Source: a phage
NCBI GenBank assembly: GCA_016390365.1
Contig: GCA_016390365.1_3043.1
Length of the DNA stretch: 64,000 bases
Direction: 5' to 3' (one strand)
Of the stretch, positions 53,485-63,873 are shown one piece after another (the first letter of the stretch is position 1; every line of letters starts with the position of its first letter). Under the pieces are notes generated by a model. That model did no database searches. It saw only the letters and a list, made by a program, of their open reading frames with translations, and was not told where the DNA came from. The translations under genes were made by a program, and so were the position numbers.

Positions 53485-54800
53485 CATTTGATGATTTGAC
53501 TGAAGGCCAGAAAAATGCCTTTAACATCGTTATGAGGGCTATTAAAGAAAAGAAACATCATGTAACTATTAATGGACCTGCTGGTACTGGTAAGACTACT
53601 CTTACTAAGTTCATCATTGAAGCTTTAATATCTACGGGTGAAACTGGTATCATTTTGGCAGCTCCTACACATGCAGCTAAAAAGATTCTTTCAAAACTGT
53701 CGGGGAAAGAAGCAAGTACTATTCACAGTATTCTTAAAATTAACCCAGTTACGTATGAAGAAAACGTTCTTTTTGAACAGAAGGAAGTACCAGATTTAGC
53801 TAAATGCAGGGTATTAATCTGCGACGAAGTGTCAATGTATGATAGAAAGCTATTTAAAATTCTGCTTTCAACTATCCCGCCGTGGTGTACTATAATTGGA
53901 ATAGGGGATAATAAGCAGATTAGACCTGTTGATCCAGGAGAAAACACCGCTTATATCAGTCCGTTCTTTACACATAAAGATTTTTATCAGTGTGAACTCA
54001 CTGAAGTTAAACGCAGTAATGCTCCTATTATTGATGTAGCTACTGATGTTCGTAACGGTAAGTGGATTTATGATAAAGTTGTTGACGGGCATGGAGTACG
54101 TGGATTTACTGGTGATACCGCTTTACGCGATTTTATGGTAAATTATTTTTCAATCGTAAAATCATTAGATGATTTGTTTGAAAATCGCGTAATGGCATTT
54201 ACGAATAAATCTGTTGACAAGTTAAATAGCATTATTCGTAAAAAGATTTTTGAAACTGATAAAGATTTTATTGTCGGTGAAATTATTGTAATGCAGGAAC
54301 CATTAATTAAAACATATAAAATTGATGGAAAGCCTGTGTCAGAAATTATTTTTAATAATGGACAATTAGTTCGTATTATAGAAGCAGAGTATACATCGAC
54401 GTTTGTTAAAGCTCGTGGTGTTCCTGGAGAATACTTAATTCGTCATTGGGATTTAACAGTAGAAACTTACGGCGATGATGAATATTATCGTGAAAAGATT
54501 AAAATAATTTCATCTGATGAAGAGCTGTATAAGTTTAACTTATTTTTAGGTAAAACGGCAGAAACATATAAAAATTGGAATAAAGGCGGAAAAGCTCCAT
54601 GGAGTGATTTTTGGGATGCTAAATCACAGTTCAGTAAAGTGAAAGCACTTCCCGCATCAACATTCCACAAAGCTCAGGGCATGTCTGTAGACCGTGCTTT
54701 CATTTATACGCCTTGTATTCATTATGCAGACGCTGAACTAGCTCAGCAGCTTCTTTATGTTGGTGTTACTCGTGGTCGTTATGATGTGTTTTATGTGTGA
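53481..54800 (+). CDS. dda: Dda 5'-3' DNA helicase (SF1B)
   Basis: 439 aa; Walker A GPAGTGKTT; matches recalled T4 Dda. Confidence 0.95.
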   Translation: MTFDDLTEGQKNAFNIVMRAIKEKKHHVTINGPAGTGKTTLTKFIIEALISTGETGIILAAPTHAAKKILSKLSGKEASTIHSILKINPVTYEENVLFEQKEVPDLAKCRVLICDEVSMYDRKLFKILLSTIPPWCTIIGIGDNKQIRPVDPGENTAYISPFFTHKDFYQCELTEVKRSNAPIIDVATDVRNGKWIYDKVVDGHGVRGFTGDTALRDFMVNYFSIVKSLDDLFENRVMAFTNKSVDKLNSIIRKKIFETDKDFIVGEIIVMQEPLIKTYKIDGKPVSEIIFNNGQLVRIIEAEYTSTFVKARGVPGEYLIRHWDLTVETYGDDEYYREKIKIISSDEELYKFNLFLGKTAETYKNWNKGGKAPWSDFWDAKSQFSKVKALPASTFHKAQGMSVDRAFIYTPCIHYADAELAQQLLYVGVTRGRYDVFYV

Positions 54801-54806
54801 GGATAT

Positions 54807-54998
54807 ATGATTAACATCAATTCAAAATATTTAAATCGTCTAATAGATGGTATAAAGAAGCATACTGATAAGCAAGATAACCTCAGTGTTATGGTAACAG
54901 GAGCTGAGCTCCTTTATAAACTTAATCTTATAAGTGATACTATACTAGCAATTAAACGAATTGAAAACAATCATATCATAGTAATACAGACACGGTAA
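54807..54998 (+). CDS. hypothetical protein
   Basis: 63-codon ORF after SD gagga. Confidence 0.45.
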   Translation: MININSKYLNRLIDGIKKHTDKQDNLSVMVTGAELLYKLNLISDTILAIKRIENNHIIVIQTR

Positions 54999-55052
54999 TT
55001 ACATTAGATGAAAGTGTCTGTAAGCTGCTGATTAAATTTGAGGAAGCTATTC

Positions 55053-55298
55053 GTGGAAATAACTAAAGACCAGTTTTATCTGCTTCAAGATAAAGTGAGC
55101 GAAATTTATGAAATAGCTTATAGTAAAAATCGCAAAAACGTGAAAATTGAATCAGGCAAGTTAATGCTTCAATTGGAAGAAATTGAACGAGATTTGATTG
55201 CGTTAGAATTCTTTTGCGGTGAAGTGAAAACTGTTACAATCAATGATTATATTTTAGGCGAAATTAGCTATCTTTATAAGGCGATTATTAATGATTGA
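55053..55298 (+). CDS. hypothetical protein, paralog of next ORF
   Basis: GTG 55053 after SD gaggaag; motifs EIERDLIALE and VTINDYILGEI parallel the next ORF. Confidence 0.45.
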   Translation: MEITKDQFYLLQDKVSEIYEIAYSKNRKNVKIESGKLMLQLEEIERDLIALEFFCGEVKTVTINDYILGEISYLYKAIIND

Positions 55299-55533
55299 AT
55301 TAAGTTGGTGTCAGTTTAAATCTCTTATGACAAATGTTAAAGCTGTCATTGAGAAAAATTCTGGTCCTGAAAATATTACTATTCGCGAAAAAGCTTTAAA
55401 GATAATATACAGTCTTGAAGAGATGCAAAAAGATATTGAATCTATGGCAAAATTTATTGATGAGCCCATTAATAAAGTTTATATCCAAGATTATACTGTA
55501 GGTCAAATTCGCGATTTAGCGAGGAAAGTTTAA
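55291..55533 (+). CDS. hypothetical protein, paralog of previous ORF
   Basis: motifs EMQKDIESMA and VYIQDYTVGQI. Confidence 0.45.
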   Translation: MIELSWCQFKSLMTNVKAVIEKNSGPENITIREKALKIIYSLEEMQKDIESMAKFIDEPINKVYIQDYTVGQIRDLARKV

Positions 55534-56216
55534 TGTTTGATTTTATTATAGATTTTGAAACGATGGGAAGCGGTGAAAAAGCAGCTGTTATTGATTTGGC
55601 TGTAATTGCTTTTGACCCTAACCCGGAAGTTGTTGAAACATTCGATGAACTAGTTTCACGTGGCATTAAAATCAAATTTGATTTAAAAAGCCAAAAAGGA
55701 CATCGTCTTTTTACTAAAAGCACTATCGAATGGTGGAAAAATCAGTCTCCTGAAGCTCGAAAAAATATTGCACCATCTGATGAAGATGTAAGCACTATCG
55801 ATGGTATTGCAAAATTTAATGATTACATCAATGCGCATAATATCGATCCTTGGAAATCTCAAGGCTGGTGCCGTGGAATGTCGTTTGATTTTCCAATTTT
55901 AGTCGATCTCATTCGTGATATTCAACGTCTTAATGGTGTTTCTGAGAATGAGCTTGACACATTTAAGTTAGAACCGTGTAAATTCTGGAATCAGCGTGAT
56001 ATTCGTACCAGAATTGAAGCACTTCTGCTTGTTCGTGATATGACCACATGTCCTCTTCCAAAGGGAACTTTAGATGGATTCGTTGCACATGATTCTATTC
56101 ATGACTGTGCAAAAGACATCCTGATGATGAAGTATGCTTTGCGCTATGCTATGGGTCTTGAAGACGCTCCATCAGAGGAAGAGTGCGATCCTCTATCTCT
56201 TCCAACAAAACGATAA
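55533..56216 (+). CDS. dexA: exonuclease A DexA (DnaQ-like 3'-5' exonuclease)
   Basis: 227 aa; DFET exo motif (MFDFIIDFETMG); matches recalled T4 DexA. Confidence 0.95.
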   Translation: MFDFIIDFETMGSGEKAAVIDLAVIAFDPNPEVVETFDELVSRGIKIKFDLKSQKGHRLFTKSTIEWWKNQSPEARKNIAPSDEDVSTIDGIAKFNDYINAHNIDPWKSQGWCRGMSFDFPILVDLIRDIQRLNGVSENELDTFKLEPCKFWNQRDIRTRIEALLLVRDMTTCPLPKGTLDGFVAHDSIHDCAKDILMMKYALRYAMGLEDAPSEEECDPLSLPTKR

Positions 56217-56218
56217 AA

Positions 56219-56254
56219 AGTTGTTTACTTCCTCGGTTAGTTGTGGTATTATAA
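56219..56254 (+). promoter_or_regulatory. early promoter
   Basis: gtttac 56223-56228, 17-bp spacer, tgtggtattat. Confidence 0.5.
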
Positions 56255-56279
56255 CACCATAGCTACTGAGGATAATAAA

Positions 56280-56633
56280 ATGAAAATTTATCGTGTTGAA
56301 TCATCGTTTAGCGCATTAAATGATGATAGTGGTATAATGAAAATTAGGAAAGAGTTATGCGTCCAATCGACTCCTTATCGTGGATTTGATTCTATGAAAA
56401 CTCGAACTTGGTTAAAATTTTGTGGTATTAATTCATCATCATTTCATCATCATAGCGATAATTATGAAAGTCATGAAAGTATTCCTATTCCACACGATGA
56501 TAAGTTATTAGTTGAAAATGCTAATGATGCTATTAAAACTAAATGGAATAAAGATTATTTACGAATTGAAAATTATATTCCATTGTGGTTTATTGCATTA
56601 TATCTTTTGCTTTCGCTACTGAATATGATATGA
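56280..56633 (+). CDS. hypothetical protein with C-terminal hydrophobic segment
   Basis: start ATG 56280; His-rich SSSFHHHSDNYESHES; C-terminal TM-like tail. Confidence 0.45.
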   Translation: MKIYRVESSFSALNDDSGIMKIRKELCVQSTPYRGFDSMKTRTWLKFCGINSSSFHHHSDNYESHESIPIPHDDKLLVENANDAIKTKWNKDYLRIENYIPLWFIALYLLLSLLNMI

Positions 56634-56791
56634 TGAGATGGTTCACCCGAGAAGAGCGTGAAGACTTAAAAGATCGTGGAATGTACACTGCGATTTATGA
56701 AGTGCCAGATGACCAAGTTATCATTGGTGGGCATCAAGTAATGTTCCGTAAATCCCATGCTGAACTTGTAGATTTTATTGAAATGAGATAA
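56630..56791 (+). CDS. hypothetical small protein
   Basis: start ATGATG 56630 overlapping upstream stop. Confidence 0.4.
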   Translation: MMRWFTREEREDLKDRGMYTAIYEVPDDQVIIGGHQVMFRKSHAELVDFIEMR

Positions 56792-56793
56792 TT

Positions 56794-57336
56794 ATGAAAT
56801 TTAATTATAATCCTGAATACACACCGAATCCTGTAGATAAACCGTTTGATATGGATATAGCAAGCATGTACGGCACTCTTGTTAAACCATTAGAAATTAA
56901 GGAAACATTTATGACTGCTCGGACCATCGAAACTGGCAAAACCTACAAACTGGTTGAAACTGAAATTAAAACTACTGAACTAGATTTGGGTTATAAAGCA
57001 TTGACTAGTGTTTTTGGTGAAGGCGAGTTTGTGGTTAAAAGTTTTTCAAAAAGTAATTGGCATGATAAGAATAAAGCTTATGTGATTCGAGCACATCGCT
57101 TAGATAATGATGAAGTAATTAAAACTATAGTCTTTGAAGCAGAGCTTATCCTCTTCCAAGAAGTTGATCCTACTGACCTTTTGACTCGTGCAGTTGCTAT
57201 CAAGACTCCATTCATTTGCGTCTGCGGTTGGGTAACAGACCAATGGATTGAAGATGGTGTTGAACTCCTGAACGTTGTTCATGCAGGTGATTTTAGCGTA
57301 GTACCTCGTAGTGCAGTGGTAGCTATTTTGAATTAA
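56794..57336 (+). CDS. MotB-like paralog
   Basis: C-terminal motif ICVCGWVTDQWIEDGVELLNVVHAGDFSVVPRS parallels MCAYITDQWVEDGVKLYNAVFLGTYKVIPES of motB. Confidence 0.5.
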   Translation: MKFNYNPEYTPNPVDKPFDMDIASMYGTLVKPLEIKETFMTARTIETGKTYKLVETEIKTTELDLGYKALTSVFGEGEFVVKSFSKSNWHDKNKAYVIRAHRLDNDEVIKTIVFEAELILFQEVDPTDLLTRAVAIKTPFICVCGWVTDQWIEDGVELLNVVHAGDFSVVPRSAVVAILN

Positions 57337-57374
57337 TAGTTTACAAACTCTTGGGACCAGAGTATAATGGTCCT
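57337..57374 (+). promoter_or_regulatory. early promoter with stem-loop around -10
   Basis: gtttac 57339-57344; inverted repeat ggacca/tggtcc flanks agtataat. Confidence 0.55.
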
Positions 57375-57412
57375 GTGGAGTATAAAATCTTTTTAACAAG
57401 TGAGAGATAATT

Positions 57413-57904
57413 ATGAATATTAATATCGGTGAAATTGCTCGTGTATCTGATAAATCCCGTTCTAAAGCAGCAGGAAAATTGGTCGAAGTTGTAAGCATTC
57501 AGCTTAAACACGGTGTTAAAGATGAAGATTCTGAAGTAAAAGTACGTATCATTGCTAAAGATGGAATGTCTAAGCCCCAGTTTGGTTATGTTCGATGGAA
57601 ATTTCTTGAGCCTGCGTTTTTGAAAGCTGTTCCTGCTAAAGGAATTGAAACGATTGATACTTCGCATGTAGGTGTAGACTTTAAGTGGAAACTTGGTCAA
57701 GCTATCAAGTTCATTGCTCCTTATGAGTTTGAATTTACCGAAGGTGGACAACCACTTCCTCGGCGTACTCGCGCTATGTGTGCATACATTACTGATCAAT
57801 GGGTAGAAGATGGCGTTAAGTTATACAACGCGGTATTTTTAGGAACATACAAAGTCATTCCTGAAAGTTGGATTAAACACTATAGCAAAGCTCGCTATGC
57901 ATAA
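57413..57904 (+). CDS. motB: MotB (modifier of transcription B)
   Basis: 163 aa; position dexA-x-x-motB-cef-goF as recalled; sequence consistent with recalled T4 MotB. Confidence 0.7.
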   Translation: MNINIGEIARVSDKSRSKAAGKLVEVVSIQLKHGVKDEDSEVKVRIIAKDGMSKPQFGYVRWKFLEPAFLKAVPAKGIETIDTSHVGVDFKWKLGQAIKFIAPYEFEFTEGGQPLPRRTRAMCAYITDQWVEDGVKLYNAVFLGTYKVIPESWIKHYSKARYA

Positions 57905-57934
57905 AGTTTAAAATTTTTTCATAAAACTATATAC

Positions 57935-58004
57935 ATCAGTAGTTGATTATGGTACTATATCAATATCAACTACTGATATAGAAAATAATTTGGAGAATAA
58001 AATG
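57935..58004 (+). repeat. PeSL-like cassette with 13-bp perfect inverted repeat and orphan start
   Basis: atcagtagttgat ... atcaactactgat flank tatggtactatat; leader TTTGGAGAATAAAATG followed by only an 11-codon ORF. Confidence 0.55.
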
Positions 58005-58076
58005 GAAAATTTGCCAAAGGTGCTGCTACTCTTCTGAAACGCATCGCTCCAATGTTCAATTAACGAGGAAATTGTA

Positions 58077-58292
58077 ATGAAACGTAAAATTGTTCAGAAC
58101 TGCACTAATGACGAATTTGAAGATGTGTTATTCGATCCAGATTTGGTAGTAGTTCAAAAGGAACACACTGCTAAGTTTACTCACTTGACTTCGGTTTATG
58201 TGTATGAAAAGGTTGGGGATAAACAACCAATTTACGGTGTATTTCGTGAAATCACTGAAGATGGTACAACTTACTGGAAGGAAATTTATTAA
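58077..58292 (+). CDS. hypothetical protein (cef position)
   Basis: 71 aa; synteny suggests cef, unverified. Confidence 0.45.
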   Translation: MKRKIVQNCTNDEFEDVLFDPDLVVVQKEHTAKFTHLTSVYVYEKVGDKQPIYGVFREITEDGTTYWKEIY

Positions 58293-58711
58293 TGGCTATT
58301 AAATTTGAAGTTAATAAATGGTATCAATTTAAAAATAAACAAGCTCAAGAAAATTTTATTAAAGACCATACTGATAACGGAATCTATGCGCGGCGTTTAG
58401 GTATGGAACCTTTTAAAGTTATAGATATTGACCATCTTGGTCGTCCTACTAAAATTGTGACATCTACTGGAAGATTGGCGTTATCCTCCGGTAAAGATAT
58501 TTTGGATGAAGATTTTATTTGGCTTTCAACGAGCGAAGCTGAGTTCTTTAATGAAGTGGAAAATCCATATCAGGCAGCTGAAGAACAAGAGCAGGAAGAG
58601 CAAGAACAAATAGAAGATTTCACAGAATTCCCGATCATGAAAGTTACTATTGAAAATAATGAACAAGCATGGTCCTTGTATCAGATGTTGAAAGCACACT
58701 TTAAGGAATAA
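58292..58711 (+). CDS. hypothetical acidic protein (goF position)
   Basis: 139 aa with [10 protein letters not shown] tract; synteny suggests goF, unverified. Confidence 0.45.
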   Translation: MAIKFEVNKWYQFKNKQAQENFIKDHTDNGIYARRLGMEPFKVIDIDHLGRPTKIVTSTGRLALSSGKDILDEDFIWLSTSEAEFFNEVENPYQAAEEQEQEEQEQIEDFTEFPIMKVTIENNEQAWSLYQMLKAHFKE

Positions 58712-58713
58712 TT

Positions 58714-58890
58714 ATGCCAATGTATGATTATAAATGCCAATCCGAAGATTGCGGGCATGAATATGAAAAAATTAAAAAGATTTCTGAACGAGAAAATGAT
58801 GTTTGCCCTAAATGTCATCGTCTGTCTACTCGTCGGCCTTCTGCTCCTAAGCATGTGAATGGTGGATTTTACGACTTACTTAAAGGGTAA
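58714..58890 (+). CDS. FmdB-family zinc-ribbon small protein
   Basis: MPMYDYKCQSEDCGHEYE...CPKCH matches the MPxYxYxCxxCG zinc-ribbon pattern; not in track. Confidence 0.45.
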   Translation: MPMYDYKCQSEDCGHEYEKIKKISERENDVCPKCHRLSTRRPSAPKHVNGGFYDLLKG

Positions 58891-58892
58891 TT

Positions 58893-59264
58893 ATGTTTAA
58901 AATCGGTAAGAAATATCGCATTCGTGAAGGTGAAGAACAGAAATATCTACTTTCTGCTAGTAATAGGAATAGTTCTATTAATGCTGTAATATTGACTAGT
59001 GAATTTATCGTTGAAGATATGAAAGGTCATAATGTTACAATGATTAGTACAGCATCTGGAAATGATGGAAAAATTCTTCATAGTTGTCAGAGTAATGTTC
59101 TAATTTATGATGAAGAATTTGACTTCTTCAAAGAAGTTTCCGAAGATTTTGATTTTGAATGTACTATTACTATGAAATCTGGTGACCCTCTTTCTTTTAC
59201 AGTTAAAGATGAAAGAAGTCGTTTGAGAGTTATTAGTCTCCTTCAAGCCATTAAATTTGAGTGA
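58893..59264 (+). CDS. hypothetical protein
   Basis: 123-codon ORF. Confidence 0.45.
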   Translation: MFKIGKKYRIREGEEQKYLLSASNRNSSINAVILTSEFIVEDMKGHNVTMISTASGNDGKILHSCQSNVLIYDEEFDFFKEVSEDFDFECTITMKSGDPLSFTVKDERSRLRVISLLQAIKFE

Positions 59265-59268
59265 AATT

Positions 59269-59529
59269 ATGAAATATATTAATCGTTCTATCGCAGCATT
59301 AGTATTAGCAGTGTCTTTAGCAGGATGTACTGATACTGATAATGCAACCAAAATTTTATCATCAAGCGGTTTTACTAATATTGAAATCACTGGATATAAT
59401 TGGTTTGGTTGCTCTGAAAATGATTTCCAACACACTGGATTTCGTGCTATTGGACCTACCGGGCAGAAAGTAGAAGGAACAGTATGTTCTGGTCTATTCT
59501 TCAAAGATTCGACTATCCGTTTTAAATAA
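59269..59529 (+). CDS. hypothetical lipoprotein
   Basis: start ATG 59269; signal peptide with lipobox LAGC. Confidence 0.45.
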   Translation: MKYINRSIAALVLAVSLAGCTDTDNATKILSSSGFTNIEITGYNWFGCSENDFQHTGFRAIGPTGQKVEGTVCSGLFFKDSTIRFK

Positions 59530-59552
59530 AAGGCCTTCGGGCCTTTAGCTTT
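59530..59552 (+). terminator. hairpin terminator, UUCG tetraloop
   Basis: aggcc-ttcg-ggcct followed by ttagcttt. Confidence 0.6.
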
Positions 59553-59598
59553 ATGATTACCGGAGTATAATATTCCCGAAACCAAACGAGGATAAGTG

Positions 59599-61416
59599 AT
59601 GATTAAGAATGAAATTAAAATTCTGAGCGATATTGAACATATCAAAAAGCGTAGCGGCATGTATATTGGCTCTTCTGCTAATGAAATGCATGAGCGCTTT
59701 CTGTTTGGTAAATGGGAAAGTGTTCAGTATGTACCTGGTCTTGTTAAGCTTATTGATGAAATTATCGATAACTCAGTAGATGAAGGTATTCGTACTAAGT
59801 TTAAATTCGCAAATAAAATTAATGTTACTATTAAAAACAATCAAGTAACAGTTGAAGATAACGGTCGCGGTATTCCACAAGCGATGGTTAAAACACCTAC
59901 CGGTGAAGAAATTCCTGGTCCTGTTGCTGCATGGACTATTCCAAAAGCAGGTGGTAACTTTGGTGATGATAAAGAACGCGTCACTGGCGGTATGAATGGT
60001 GTTGGTTCTAGTTTGACAAACATTTTTTCTGTGATGTTTGTCGGTGAAACTGGTGATGGTCAAAATAATATTGTAGTTCGTTGTTCAAATGGCATGGAAA
60101 ATAAATCATGGGAAGATATTCCTGGAAAATGGAAAGGAACTCGTGTTACTTTCATTCCTGATTTTATGTCATTTGAAACTAATGAGCTGTCCCAAGTTTA
60201 TCTTGACATTACACTAGATCGTCTCCAGACACTTGCAGTAGTTTATCCTGATATTCAATTTACCTTTAATGGTAAAAAGGTTCAGGGCAATTTTAAGAAA
60301 TATGCACGCCAATATGATGAGCATGCTATTGTTCAAGAACAAGAAAATTGCTCTATTGCGGTTGGTCGTTCACCGGATGGTTTTCGTCAATTAACTTATG
60401 TGAATAACATTCACACTAAGAATGGTGGCCATCACATTGACTGTGTTATGGATGATATTTGTGAAGACCTTATTCCACAAATCAAACGTAAGTTCAAAAT
60501 TGATGTGACTAAAGCACGCGTTAAAGAATGTTTGACTATCGTTATGTTTGTCCGTGATATGAAAAACATGCGATTTGATTCTCAAACTAAAGAGCGTTTG
60601 ACTTCTCCATTTGGCGAAATTCGTAGTCATATTCAACTCGACGCTAAAAAGATTTCACGCGCTATTCTAAATAATGAAGCAATTCTGATGCCGATTATTG
60701 AAGCTGCACTAGCTCGTAAATTGGCGGCGGAAAAGGCAGCAGAAACTAAAGCAGCTAAAAAGGCTTCTAAAGCTAAGGTTCATAAACATATTAAAGCGAA
60801 TCTTTGTGGTAAAGATGCTGACACTACTCTTTTCTTGACTGAGGGTGATTCGGCTATCGGATATCTTATTGATGTTCGTGATAAAGAACTTCACGGTGGT
60901 TATCCATTACGTGGTAAAGTTCTCAACAGTTGGGGTATGTCTTATGCAGATATGCTTAAAAACAAAGAACTATTTGATATTTGCGCAATCACTGGATTAG
61001 TTCTCGGTGAAAAAGCTGAAAACTTGAATTATCATAATATCGCTATTATGACTGATGCTGACCATGATGGCCTAGGAAGCATTTATCCTTCTCTGCTTGG
61101 ATTTTTTAGTAATTGGCCAGAACTGTTTGAGCAAGGACGAATTCGCTTTGTCAAAACTCCTGTAATCATCGCACAGATTGGTAAAAAACAAGAATGGTTT
61201 TATACAGTCGCTGAATATGAGAGTGCTAAAGATGCTCTACCTAAACATAGCATCCGTTATATTAAAGGACTTGGCTCTTTGGAAAAATCTGAATATCGTG
61301 AGATGATTCAAAATCCAGTATATGATGTTGTTAAACTTCCTGAGAATTGGAAAGAGCTTTTTGAAATGCTCATGGGAGATAATGCTGACCTTCGTAAAGA
61401 ATGGATGAGCCAGTAG
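59599..61416 (+). CDS. 39: DNA topoisomerase II large subunit gp39 (GyrB-like ATPase), unsplit form
   Basis: 605 aa continuous; GHKL ATPase and Toprim motifs (EGDSA); no separate gene 60. Confidence 0.95.
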   Translation: MIKNEIKILSDIEHIKKRSGMYIGSSANEMHERFLFGKWESVQYVPGLVKLIDEIIDNSVDEGIRTKFKFANKINVTIKNNQVTVEDNGRGIPQAMVKTPTGEEIPGPVAAWTIPKAGGNFGDDKERVTGGMNGVGSSLTNIFSVMFVGETGDGQNNIVVRCSNGMENKSWEDIPGKWKGTRVTFIPDFMSFETNELSQVYLDITLDRLQTLAVVYPDIQFTFNGKKVQGNFKKYARQYDEHAIVQEQENCSIAVGRSPDGFRQLTYVNNIHTKNGGHHIDCVMDDICEDLIPQIKRKFKIDVTKARVKECLTIVMFVRDMKNMRFDSQTKERLTSPFGEIRSHIQLDAKKISRAILNNEAILMPIIEAALARKLAAEKAAETKAAKKASKAKVHKHIKANLCGKDADTTLFLTEGDSAIGYLIDVRDKELHGGYPLRGKVLNSWGMSYADMLKNKELFDICAITGLVLGEKAENLNYHNIAIMTDADHDGLGSIYPSLLGFFSNWPELFEQGRIRFVKTPVIIAQIGKKQEWFYTVAEYESAKDALPKHSIRYIKGLGSLEKSEYREMIQNPVYDVVKLPENWKELFEMLMGDNADLRKEWMSQ

Positions 61417-61447
61417 TTTACTTTACCACAAGGATGTGGTATAATTA
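61413..61447 (+). promoter_or_regulatory. early promoter (30 nt identical to copy at 16737)
   Basis: gtttactttaccacaaggatgtggtataat. Confidence 0.6.
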
Positions 61448-61470
61448 ATTGGGCAAATGAGGATATTGAA

Positions 61471-61674
61471 ATGAAATCATATAAAGTAAATTTAGAGCTT
61501 TTTGATAAAGCAGTTCATCGAGAATATAGAATAATTCAACGCTTTTTCGATATGGGAGAAGCCGAAGAATTTAAAAACCGCTTTAAGGATATTAGAGATA
61601 AAATTCAATCCGACACCGCAACTAAAGATGAACTACTAGAAGTTGCTGAAGTTATTAAACGCAATATGAATTAA
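61471..61674 (+). CDS. rIIA.1: rIIA.1 small protein
   Basis: 67 aa [22 protein letters not shown], position between 39 and rIIA. Confidence 0.8.
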   Translation: MKSYKVNLELFDKAVHREYRIIQRFFDMGEAEEFKNRFKDIRDKIQSDTATKDELLEVAEVIKRNMN

Positions 61675-61684
61675 TGAGGAAATT

Positions 61685-63862
61685 ATGATTATCACCACTG
61701 AAAAAGAAACAATTCTTGGTAATGGTTCTAAATCAAAAGCATTTAGCATCACAGCATCTCCTAAAGTATTTAAAATTCTATCATCTGATTTGTATACAAA
61801 CAAGATTCGCGCAGTAGTCCGTGAATTGATTACTAACATGATTGATGCCCATGCTCTCAATGGAAATCCTGAAAAATTTATCATACAAGTTCCAGGACGT
61901 TTAGACCCACGATTTGTTTGTCGAGATTTTGGTCCGGGTATGAGTGATTTTGATATTCAAGGTGATGATAATTCTCCTGGTCTGTATAATTCATACTTCA
62001 GTTCATCTAAGGCTGAATCTAACGATTTCATTGGCGGATTTGGTTTAGGTTCTAAATCTCCGTTTAGTTATACTGATACGTTTAGTATTACTTCGTATCA
62101 TAAAGGTGAAATTCGTGGTTATGTAGCTTACATGGATGGTGATGGTCCACAGATTAAACCTACATTCGTAAAAGAAATGGGTCCAAATGATAAAACTGGT
62201 ATTGAAATCGTAGTTCCAGTTGAAGAAAAAGACTTTAGAAACTTTGCTTATGAAGTTTCTTATATCATGCGACCATTCAAAGATTTGGCTATCATTAATG
62301 GTCTTGACCGCGAAATTGATTATTTTCCTGATTTTGATGACTATTACGGTGTAAATCCAGAAAGATACTGGCCAGATCGTGGTGGATTATATGCTATCTA
62401 TGGCGGTATTGTTTATCCTATCGATGGTGTTATTAGAGACCGTAACTGGCTAAGCATCCGCAATGAAGTGAATTACATTAAGTTTCCAATGGGTTCACTT
62501 GATATTGCTCCATCTCGCGAGGCTCTTTCACTGGATGATCGTACTCGTAAAAATATTATTGAACGAGTTAAAGAACTCAGTGAGAAAGCATTTAATGAAG
62601 ATGTAAAACGATTTAAAGAATCTACATCTCCTCGTCACACATATCGTGAATTGATGAAGATGGGGTATTCTGCTCGAGATTATATGATTAGTAATTCAGT
62701 CAAATTTACGACTAAAAATCTGTCATATAAGAAGATGCAAAGCATGTTTGAACCTGATAGTAAGTTATGCAACGCGGGGGTTGTGTATGAAGTAAATCTT
62801 GACCCTCGACTGAAACGAATTAAACAAAGCCATGAAACTTCGGCCGTTGCATCAAGTTATCGTCTGTTTGGTATTAATGCAACAAAAATTAATATCGTTA
62901 TTGATAATATTAAAAATCGTGTTAATATTGTCCGTGGATTAGCACGTGCGTTAGATGATAGTGAATTTAATAACACTTTGAATATTCATCACAACGAACG
63001 CCTTCTGTTTATTAATCCAGAAGTAGAATCGCAGATTGATTTGCTTCCTGATATTATGGCGATGTTTGAAAGTGATGAAGTTAACATTCATTATTTGTCA
63101 GAAATTGAAGCTTTAGTTAAAAGCTATATTCCAAAGGTAGTTAAAAGTAAAGCTCCTCGTCCTAAAGCTGCTACAGCATTTAAGTTTGAAATTAAAGACG
63201 GACGCTGGGAAAAAGAGGAATTATTTACGCTCACATCAGAAGCAGATGAAATTACTGGGTATGTAGCGTATATGCATCGTTCTGATATTTTCTCTATGGA
63301 TGGTACTACATCTCTTTGTCATCCATCTATGAATATTTTGATTCGTATGGCTAATCTTATTGGCATTAATGAATTTTATGTTATTCGTCCGCTTTTACAG
63401 AAAAAGGTAAAAGAACTCGGTCAGTGCCAATGTATTTTTGAAGCTTTGCGTGATTTATATGTAGATGCTTTTGATGATGTAGATTATGATAAGTATGTAG
63501 GTTATTCAAGTTCAGCTAAACGATATATTGATAAAATTATCAAGTATCCTGAGTTAGATTTTATGATGAAGTACTTCAGTGTAGATGAAGTTTCTGAAGA
63601 ATATACACGACTCGCTAATATGGTTAGTTCATTACAGGGTGTATATTTCAACGGTGGAAAAGATACCATCGGTCATGATATCTGGACAGTAACTAATCTT
63701 TTTGATGTATTATCAAATAATGCTTCAAAAAACAGTGATAAAATGGTTGCTGAGTTTACCAAGAAATTCCGTATTGTTTCCGACTTCATCGGATATCGCA
63801 ACTCTTTAAGTGATGATGAAGTTTCTCAAATCGCTAAAACTATGAAGGCCCTTGCGGCCTAA
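61685..63862 (+). CDS. rIIA: rIIA protein
   Basis: 725 aa [32 protein letters not shown], near-identical to recalled T4 rIIA. Confidence 0.97.
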   Translation: MIITTEKETILGNGSKSKAFSITASPKVFKILSSDLYTNKIRAVVRELITNMIDAHALNGNPEKFIIQVPGRLDPRFVCRDFGPGMSDFDIQGDDNSPGLYNSYFSSSKAESNDFIGGFGLGSKSPFSYTDTFSITSYHKGEIRGYVAYMDGDGPQIKPTFVKEMGPNDKTGIEIVVPVEEKDFRNFAYEVSYIMRPFKDLAIINGLDREIDYFPDFDDYYGVNPERYWPDRGGLYAIYGGIVYPIDGVIRDRNWLSIRNEVNYIKFPMGSLDIAPSREALSLDDRTRKNIIERVKELSEKAFNEDVKRFKESTSPRHTYRELMKMGYSARDYMISNSVKFTTKNLSYKKMQSMFEPDSKLCNAGVVYEVNLDPRLKRIKQSHETSAVASSYRLFGINATKINIVIDNIKNRVNIVRGLARALDDSEFNNTLNIHHNERLLFINPEVESQIDLLPDIMAMFESDEVNIHYLSEIEALVKSYIPKVVKSKAPRPKAATAFKFEIKDGRWEKEELFTLTSEADEITGYVAYMHRSDIFSMDGTTSLCHPSMNILIRMANLIGINEFYVIRPLLQKKVKELGQCQCIFEALRDLYVDAFDDVDYDKYVGYSSSAKRYIDKIIKYPELDFMMKYFSVDEVSEEYTRLANMVSSLQGVYFNGGKDTIGHDIWTVTNLFDVLSNNASKNSDKMVAEFTKKFRIVSDFIGYRNSLSDDEVSQIAKTMKALAA

Positions 63863-63873
63863 TAAGGAAAATT

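Noticed and set aside
12320-58004. CRISPR-like array from the recurring about 22-nt TGGTACTATACAACTATCAACT motif
   Set aside because: Copies are kilobases apart, irregularly spaced, and coincide with promoters and leaders, so this is a regulatory cassette and not a repeat-spacer array
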